Source: Macrostomum lignano (Eukaryota). Taken from it: DNA of 51,038 nt. Shown piece after piece: positions 1-9,700 of the stretch. Below the pieces are notes generated by a model. It did not search any database, had not been told where the DNA came from, and worked only from the letters and a program-made list of their open reading frames with translations. The position numbers and the translations under genes were made by a program. The stretch spans positions 1-51,038 of the forward strand of contig NIVC01000088.1 of assembly GCA_002269645.1 (NCBI GenBank), in the 5' to 3' direction. Every line of letters begins with the position of its first letter. Position 1 is the stretch's first letter.

Positions 1-253
1 GACTCACTAACAGTCATAGCCCAAGATTGAAAGTCATTGATAGCTGACACCTGACAGCTTTCGAATGTCGAATTATTGAATTGATGCCAACTGGCACCAA
101 TTTTAAACCCAATCTAATTTAAATTTCGCTTTATTAAGACAAAGAATGTAGTTCAATTCGTAACCCTGTTACGGTACTTTCGATGCAGTGCCTCATTTTT
201 CGAGTATTTCCTAGCAGCTAATTTAATTTAATTTAATTTAACTTCGTTCGCAG

Positions 254-525
254 CTAAGCCAGTGCTCCACCATCAACTCAACGCTCTGCTACAGCAGCCA
301 CTTGACGTCATTCATGTCGTCATTTGTAGTGCCGCCAATTCAAATCGATCCGAACGATTCCGCCTGGCTCAAACTCGACTCGAATCCCATCGCTCTGGCT
401 CTGGTGCTGTCCATCGTTTGCTTCTACTTCATCATCCTCATCTGGGTGCGACGCAAGGACGAGAAAGACTTCGAACGGGTTGGCATCACGCCGCTTATGG
501 ACAACCATCCTGCCGACGTGTTCAG
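254..525 (+). CDS. PKD1L exon: GPS motif end + TM1
   Basis: Acceptor CGCAG at 249-253; LSQCSTINSTLCYSSHLTSFMSSFVVPP resembles PC1 CLTRHLTAFGASLFVPP; donor AG|GTGCGG. Confidence 0.88.
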
Positions 526-3500
526 GTGCGGCTGCCAGTTATTGATGCTTCAATGCCTCTGATAAAGTCCACACTTGACACACCGCTATTGCTACACTGA
601 TCCCAGTTTCTGACACATCGATATGGCTAAACTGATCTTAACTCTCGGGTGCACCTGTTATCAATGATTCTGATACCTGTTATCAATAATTCTGACACCT
701 GTTATCAATGATTCTGACACCTGTTATCAATAGTTCTGACACCTGTTATCAATAATTCTGACACCTGTTATCAATGATTCTGACACCTGTTATCAATAAT
801 TCTGACACCTGTTATCAATGATTCTGACACCTGTTATCAATGATTCTGACACCTGTTAGGTACGAGCTGACCTTCTGGACCGGCGCCGCCGTCAGGCCGG
901 CACCACGGCGAACGTATCGTTCATTCTGTACGGCGAGGACGACGAATCGGCGCCGCGACTTGTCCAGGACCCGAAACGGCCGGTGCTGACCCGCAATAGC
1001 GTGGACTCATTCCTAATGACTACACCCTACTACCTGGGCAAGCTCACCCACCTGCGCATGTGGCACGACAACAGCGGCAGCAGTCCCAAGTGGTACCTCA
1101 ACCGGCTGCTCATCCAAGACCTGCAGACTAAGGAGAAGTACTTCTTCATCTGCAACCGTTGGTTTGCGTTTGATGAAGACGACGGAATGGTTAGTGATGC
1201 GAGCGATTGCTTCTCGTTCACACCACAGATACTCTTATAACTGGATGATAACTCTACTTTCAGTTCAGTAGCAAGGAAGTATGTGTAAGCTATTTTATGA
1301 AAACAAAAGTACAGTTGACTTTCAGACTTTAACAACTGAGAGTGTACATCATGGCAGCTTTAGGCTGGATAGCAAAGCAAGGAGGGGTTACCTACGGAGT
1401 AAGAGATGACAAGTATCTACGAGTCTATATAACTAATTTTGTTCTAAAGTACATACGAGTATTAAAATGCTTCTGTATTCAACTTTCTACTGAACAAAAA
1501 GTAGATTAAACGCAAATGTGGCCCATCTGGTTATTATACTAAGGTAGTATATTCTAGTAACTGTGGTACAGTCCATTGATGTTGATCTCTGCTCTACTAA
1601 ATTAAATGAGATTATTTATTAACAGAGAGGCAATCACAAAAATTTAAAGCATCGACCCTAATGACCTTAACAACCCTAATAACCCTAATGACCTTAATAA
1701 CCCTAATAACCCTAATGACCTTAATAACCCTAATGACCTTAATAACCCTAATGACCCTAATAACTCTAATGACCCTAATAACCCTAATGACCCTAATAAC
1801 CCTAATAACCCTAATAACCCTAATAACCCTAATGACCTTAATGACACTAATAACCTCAATGACCCTAAAAACCCTAATGACACTAATAACCCTAATGACC
1901 TTAATAACCCTAATGACCCTAATACCCTAATGACCCTAATAACCCTAATGACCTTAATGACCCTAATAACCTCAATGACCTTAATAACCCTAATGACCCT
2001 AATACCCTAATGACCCTAAAAACCTTATAACCCTAAAAGCTGCCTCACCTGTCAATTAGGTTGACCGAATTCTTACCGTGTCCGGCCGCGAGGAGGTGCG
2101 CAAATTCGACGTGGTGTTCTGGAGCAAGGCGCAGAAGAACCTGAACGATGGCCACATCTGGCTCTCCGTGGTCACCCGGCCGCCCAGGTCAAAGTTCACG
2201 CGAGTTCAGCGAGCCACCGCCTGTCTGGTCCTGCTGCTGAGCACCATGATGGTCAACCTGATGTTCTACGGCCAGACCGCCAAGGTGGAAAGTCCACAGC
2301 TGATTGAATTCGGCCCGGTGAAATTCACGGCTCACAGCATCTACCTGGCAACCGTTTCGACCCTAATTATCCTGCCGGTGAACGTCTTGGTCGTCGTGCT
2401 GTTCAAGAACCGCCGATCCAAGCCACCTCCCGGCGTGAAAAAGATGGACGCGCAGCAGAGACAGCCGGACGACGACCAGGACGACCGCGACGACGAGAAG
2501 CCCGGGAGCGCCAATCCCAGGTCAGCCGTCACGCCGCGAGCTGTTCGACTCAGCGATGTCACCGAGCCGGCGCCGGCCGACAGCCGACTGGACATGCGGC
2601 AGAAGTCCTCCAACGCCGGTGGCACCGCAAGCAACCAGAACAACGACGATGATGAGGACGACGAGGAGAAGGACAAGAAGCCGAGCGTCATGACGCGCCT
2701 GCGGCCTTACATCCGGCGCTTCTGGCCGCTGCCTTGGTGAGCGTTAGACTTGGCTGGTGATTTTGCGGTATGCGGTCAGTTAGTTCTCAGGGCTTTGGCC
2801 ACTGCTGCATATCAAGGAGACTGTCGACTCATTGCCAGCCTATTCCGCTGACCCCAGATACTTACATAGATACAAGTATGTTCATTAAGCACTTTCTCAT
2901 TGTTAGGCCGTCAGACATACTCTCCCCTTGACTTGAATTACATGTAGCTGCAGGGTGGTCCGAAGACACAGCGGGCGGCGAGTGATAAAATCGATCCAAC
3001 AGTTTGACCATAGACAATTCGTCTATGAGTGAGTGAAGGGTGGGACGCTTGCTGTGAACAACCATTGGCAAGAAAGTCGGTGGTTTCAGGCAGAAGCGAT
3101 TTTAGAACAGTCCATTCATCTGCTGACGTAATGGTTCGACAAATGACTGACGGAGAACGCTGGCGTGCTATTGGTATGATCGATGCCACTTCACGACATT
3201 TACGACAGTCACGACACTCAAAATTTGCCTGCTCGATCGTCTCCTCCGTATTCTTGGCCGTGTGGGGATGTATTGTCATGGTGCAGAAGGTATGGGGCCG
3301 CGGTACCCAGCGGGCCGAGATGACAACGCACTACGCACTATGCTTCTGCACGATGACAACGCACATCCCCACACGGCCAAGAATACGGAGGAGACGATCG
3401 AGCAGGCAAATTTTGAGTTGCTCTCACAAACCACTCTACTCTCCGGATTTGTACCGGCTGACTTCGCCATCTTTCCAAAGATTAAGAAGCTGCTGCGTGG

Positions 3501-4829
3501 ACGAATCTTTGCTTGTTGTGGGAGCCTGGAAGCATTGACTCGCCAAGTTCTCCTTCATGAGATGCCGCGCTCAGATTTTGCTGATGCCATTGACGACATA
3601 TACAGCGAATGGCAGAATGTGTGCAGCGCAGTGGTAAACTATGTGGAGAAGCCTCAGGACAATGTTGATGATTCATTTTTAACTGTTCTTTTCTCAGCTT
3701 TCATGTTGCGGATGTTTTGCTGATTCGTTGGATGTTTCGTTGTTTCGTGCATCAGGTACAAAGCTTTGGTCTATGGCAATTTGTAGGAGTAGCACAGGGG
3801 GTGGGGCAGAAAAGTGTTTTTATCTCAAGAGTGCCAGCAGATAGAGAAATAAATAGAAAGTCATTTTAACGGGCAGATAATCCTCGTTTCAACTGCTACA
3901 AACTAAATATTTCTGATCGGTCAGAAAAGGCTGTAGCAGGGAAGCCTCTATGGTCACTGCGCATCGATCATAGAGGCTTCCCTGGCTGTTGTGAAGAAAT
4001 TGCACCGACTTTTGGGACAACCCCCGTAGTTCCCTGTTGTCATTCGTTTTCCTGAAACTGTCTATTTCAATCCTGTGGATTGAGCGATGCGCATTGAGTC
4101 GTGCGTCAGAGTAAATGTCTATGGCCCAGAGTCTCCGATTGCTACTCAACTTGAGAGGCTTTAATTCTCTTGAGAAAAGGGTAGACACGTTTGTCTGTTG
4201 CTGAGTATATGTTCAGAATCAAGACACAATAAACTGGTTGGTACAAGTATAAATGTTCGAAGAAGTACTATTTGAGTCTTTAGTGGTGTAACGTTGCTGA
4301 ATTTCAAGTAGCTCTCTAACAAGATCAAAAGATGCTGGCGTAGTAAAATTCTTTCTAATCGGTTTACGTAACACTGCATCTGTTAACTTTTGATTTCCAA
4401 CGCATGCTTGCGCAGGTGGACTCACTACGTCGGCTACTGCCTGGCGGTCGTCTGGATCGGCGTCTGCACCTACCTCATGGTTGAGTTCGGCGGCGTACTC
4501 GGCGAGGAGAAAACGGCCGAATGGCTGGCCGCGATGTTCGTGACGCTGTTCCAGTCGATCATCCTTGTGCAGCCAGTCAAGATCCTCGTCCTGGCCATCG
4601 TGTACGCCCTACTGGTGAAGAAGATCGAAGAGGACGAGGACGAAGTCACCCGGGATCTGGTGATGGCCGGCGCAGCCAAGATGCACCAGCGCATGACCAT
4701 GCGCGACCTCAGCGATCCCGCCAAGATGAAGGCGTTCCTTCGGTCGCGTCGGGTGCCGCCGCCGCCGGATCTGGAGACGCTGCGTGCGCTGCGCGAACAG
4801 AGGTAAGTCCGATCTTCAATGAGCCAGCC

Positions 4830-4874
<45 letters not shown>

Positions 4875-6660
4875 AGAGAGGTCACGGCGTGTTTAAAAAT
4901 TTTTTTTAATATGGGCTGCCGGTTTCGAGCCTCTGGGCTCTTCGTCAGGCAAAAATCAGTGTGTAATGCAGTGCAACTTGGTCTTTTAAGTATTTTTTTC
5001 TTAGTCTGATAAAATTTATGAGTAGTTGTACATATGAGGAATGTACATTTAAAACCCTGTTTTGTCTAGCTCTAACATGTCCCAGAGGCTTTTCCCCATT
5101 CATTCTAATCGACGGTATATTTAGTATATAAAAATTGTTTTTTTTCGAAGTGCTATACGATTAGATGAAATGCCGGTATTGAGGGTACGAGCATAAAAAT
5201 CGATATTTGTGCGTACAATCAAGTACGAGTAGTTTGGATAAAATAAATGACAAAGTGAATAAATATTGTACTTCAATAGGGTAAAGTGAGCGCATTGGTT
5301 AAAATGATTCAATGGTTTCCTGGCTGAGATTTAAATTGATTGGGAGCCAGGAGGCTCTGTAAATTACGTTGCCGTGTAAATGCGGGCAGTATGCGGGAGC
5401 CTGGTTTATTTTGTAGCTTATCAAAGTTTTTAGCAATCTCGTTGGCGAGCCAGACCGTAGATGGGTGAAAAGGAAGGACCATTGGGATGGGTCGGAGAAG
5501 ATGATTGTCGACCCTGATGTTCGTACCCGGCGGTTTGTCAGTCCCCAGTTTTTTAATCCAGATTTCTTCCCTTAGTTCGATTTTGTTGTTATTAAGAACT
5601 GTTCAATGGCAATGGTGACAAAGTTTGCAATCGAGTGATTGGGGGTGAGAAAGTGCTCTGACCCCGAAGTAACGACTCTCCTGTTAATATTTGACCTGTG
5701 CTGGTTCATTCTATCTCTCATTGTTCTTCTAGTCATACCTACTTAGAGGATTTTCCCAGGGTGACACTGGTTGCAGGAGATGCCATAGATGATGCTCTTG
5801 GAGCCACAGGACAGGCTCTGAGAGATTAAAAAACCGGAAGCCGGTCTCAGTCCCTGGGCGGAGAGAGCATGCGGTGAGTGGGTGCAGCATTTGCAGCGGG
5901 ATGACCCACAGGGATGGAACCCTTTGAGAAGCAGACCCAAATTAAGTCCCCTATCTAGCAGCCTCGTCTCAGACTCGGAGAGTTTGAAAGTGGGGTGTAG
6001 ATTCAAAATTTTGCCTTCCAGTTTGGGAGGCCTACAGTAGTCAGCTAGTTTAAAGTTCTCAGCCAGGAAGCCAGCGCCAGTACCGTATAAAGTCAGGCGC
6101 TGAGAAGGATACAATTGGTTTAAGAGGAGGAGAGGCAATAAGAGTAACAGGTGAGAGTTTCTTACTCAGAATTTGAGTCAATTCTTCACCGCTGGCAAAG
6201 GGCGGAACCAGAAGGATCTTATGTGCCAGACTGTCTGCTCTCAGTAGATCGATGGCCTCAGAGAGCCACTCTAGCCAGTGGTCTGTGCTGAGCAGCTCGT
6301 CCGGCAGGACCAGCACCGTTGACCGAGCGCATTGCCGGTTCCGCAGGGCGGCAGACCTCAGTAGAGATGGTAAGGCTGACAGTGAGTACTCATGGACCTC
6401 TGTGATTGCCGGCAGTTTGAGGCCCTCGAAAGGCTTTGAGCAGAGGACCAGGTTCAGGCAGTCCCTGCTGATGATGAGCGAACCGGGTTGCTCAAAGGTG
6501 CTGGGTGAGTTATTCAGATGCGGCCTGTGGCGTTCCGGACCACCAGAGGAGTCCTCAGAGTCCGGGGAGGGCGACGTTTCGCAGGTGAAGCAGGCAGTCC
6601 CACCAGAGGAAGAGTCGGGGTCACAAAAAGGTCGTCAGCCACCGACGTACAGCCGTTCTC

Positions 6661-6734
<74 letters not shown>

Positions 6735-9700
6735 AGAGAGAATCTATGAGAGAGGTTGCTGCTGGTATCCTTACTTGTGCTGATGTCTATGGCCGAGCTA
6801 TCAACTTGCTTTCTTTTTTCCGTCTATATCTATGTCTATGGGCAAGACCAAGTCTACTGCTGTCAAATGGGAATTCTTAGCTGGGTTGGCTTAATTAACC
6901 ATCAACTTGGCTGACAAAAGCAATGCTTCAGTTTCATGAAGATTTTACAATATAAGACGCTACATCCTGACAAGAAAATTATTTGGACCTATCTAAAAAC
7001 CTGTTGGAGGTTGCAGCATCTTCAACTGTGTTTCTGCATAAGGTCACTCAACTGGATTGAGAGATGAAAGATAGATTATCTATTACAATAAGAAGCAATG
7101 GAGAGATACAAGGACTGGGGGGTCGTCACACACACCCTCAATTACCCCAGCTAATGCTGGCACCAATTTTACCGCTGGGTGAACTGAAGCAATGCAGAGA
7201 GTTAAGTGTCTTGCTCAAGGATACAAATAGTTCCAGTAGGATCGGGAATCGAATCCCCGACCTTCAATTCATAAGTCCGACGCTCTAACCACTGGCTACA
7301 ACTCCTTTCATAGGAGAGAATGGGATTTTAACTTTGTTAATTAACTAGTAGCTAGTTGTTAATTTGAGCTTTCATTTTTGCTTCACTCCGCAGAATCAAG
7401 GAACAAGCGATGAACGACATTCTTGGCGACATAATGTTTTACATAATCTTCCTGATTATATTAACCATGGCGGCCTACACCAACCAGGACTACAGGTCAT
7501 TCATTCAGAACCATTTGGTCAAAGGCACCATCACGGGAGTTGACGCAGACGGGCCGAACCTTGACAGCGTGCAGCGCATCGAAGACCTGTTCACCTACGT
7601 TGGCGAGTTCGCCGCACCTCGCCTGTACTCCAACGTGTGCTACAACGGCGAAGTCTGCGACATGGCCGGCCCGGGCTGGAGCTGGGACCCGCACCTGTTC
7701 CTGGTGCGCAAGCCCCAGCTGAGACAGTTGCGAATTAAACGGCCGGGCACGTGCAAGATTGAGAAGTACTTCAAGGATTCCATCTACGAGTGTCGCCAGG
7801 AGTACAGCATGCTTAATGACGACGAAGCCTCCTACTTGCCCATGTGGCAGCCTTTTAACTCCAGCTGTGAGGGCTCGTGAAATATTCGGTTTATTTGGTT
7901 TATGAAAATTATACTCGTATGTAGCATTTGTGTAGATTTTTTTCTCGTTAGGTGTAGATCGAGTGTAAGGAGGCTAGAGAATTTTTTACTCCAAATTTTT
8001 GCCTCGCTGTCTGGATACAGCTGGTTGGGAGGGTTCAGTCATGTACATTCCGGGTGAAGGCATGGTTAGGGAGTTGGCGGGGAGGGTTTAATGAATGTAC
8101 ATTTCGGGTGAAGGCATGGTTAGGGAGCTGGCGGGGAGGGTTTAATGAATGTACATTTCGGGTGAAGGCATGGTTAGGGAGCTGGCGGGGAGGGTTTAAT
8201 GAATGTACATTCCGGGTGAAGGCATGGTTAGGGAGCTGACAGAGAGGGTTTAATGAATGTACATTCCGGGTGAAGGCATGGTTAGGGAGCTGGCGGGGAG
8301 GGTTTAATGAATGTACATTCCGGGTGAAGGCATGGTTAGGGAGCTGACAGAGAGGGTTTAATGAATGTACATTCCGGGTGAAGGCATTGTTAGGGAGCTG
8401 ACAGAGAGGGTTTAATGAATGTACATTCCGGGTGAAGGCATGGTTAGGGAGCTGACAGAGAGGGTTTAATGAATGTACATTTCGGGCGAAGGCATTGTTA
8501 GGGAGCTGGCGGGAGGGTTCAAACCAAGGACCACTAGAAGTTACCATTGTATAACACTGTTACTTCTACAAGCGTAGTGATCCTTGGTTCAAATTCTTCC
8601 ACTTTAATGATTTTCCAGACCCGGAGCAGACCGAGTGGAGCTACACAGGCGCCATAAAGCTGTTCGGCATCCCCTATAGCGGCTACCTGTCCACCTACGC
8701 CGGCGGTGGCTACGTGGCCTCGCTGGGCAAATCTGCCGTAGAAGCCAAACAGATGACCGAATACCTGCGCAACAACAGCTGGATTGACAAGCACACTAGG
8801 GCCGTGTTCTTCGAGTTTCTGATCTACAATCCCAATACGAATCTGTTCACCTTTTCCGAGATTCTGTTTGAAGCTTTCAACGGTGGCGGTTTTGTCAAGT
8901 ATCCTCAGGTGTACACTCTGCGGCTGAATCGCTACGTTGGAGCCAACGGGGCCTTCTTTATGGCAGTCGACATCCTGTCCCTGATCTTCATTGTGTTCTT
9001 CGTGTACAGGGAGTGCAAGGAGCTGCACAAGCTCGGTTGCCTGTACTTTCGGGTAAGGCTGCCCGCCGTCTCAGTGGCAATTCGCTGCTAGAGACAGAAT
9101 GCTTGGGGAATTCCTGGTTCGGTTATTGGGAACAGATTTGTCGGGGGGGATTCCTTGCTCACCCTGGTTTCGCTAATAGAGTTATCTAAGGGGAATTCCT
9201 TGCTCACTCTAATTTGGCTAATAGAGTTATCCAAGGGGAATTCCTTGCTCAATCTGATTTGGCTAATAGAGTTATCCAAGGGGAATTCCTTGCTCACTCT
9301 AATTTGGCTAATAGAGTTATCCAAGGGGAATTCCTTGCTCAATCTGATTTGGCTAATAGAGTTATCTAAGGGGAATTCCTTGCTCAACCTGGTTTGGCTA
9401 ATAGAGTTATCTAAGGGGAATTCCTTGCTCAATCTGATTTGGCTAATAGAGTTATCCAAGGGGAATTCCTTGCTCAATCTGATTTGGCTAATAGAGTTAT
9501 CTAAGGGGAATTCCTTGCTCAACCTGGTTTGGCTAATAGAGTTATCTAAGGGGAATTCCTTGCTCAATCTGATTTGGCTAATAGAGTTATCCAAGGGGAA
9601 TTCCTTGCTCAATCTGATTTGGCTAATAGAGTTATCTAAGGGGAATTCCTTGCTCAATCGAGTTTAGGTGCGAGGGGATTCCATACGCCTTAAATAAAAT

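Noticed and set aside
1644-1930. LG-rich and TL-rich ORFs
   Set aside because: Translations of the 9-bp array inside a PKD1L intron.
1654-2037. True telomere or chromosome-fusion scar
   Set aside because: The unit is 9 bp rather than 6 bp, there is no head-to-head junction, and it lies within an intron of an intact gene.
6466-6500. Hammerhead ribozyme core CTGATGA...GAAAC in the Penelope-like element
   Set aside because: No helix II closing pair or helix I complementarity, and it is antisense within coding sequence. The degenerate candidate near 5410-5430 also fails.
8035-9667. Repetitive ORFs of 125-189 aa at 8035-8547 and 9088-9667
   Set aside because: Stop-free readings of the 54-bp and 45-bp intronic minisatellites.
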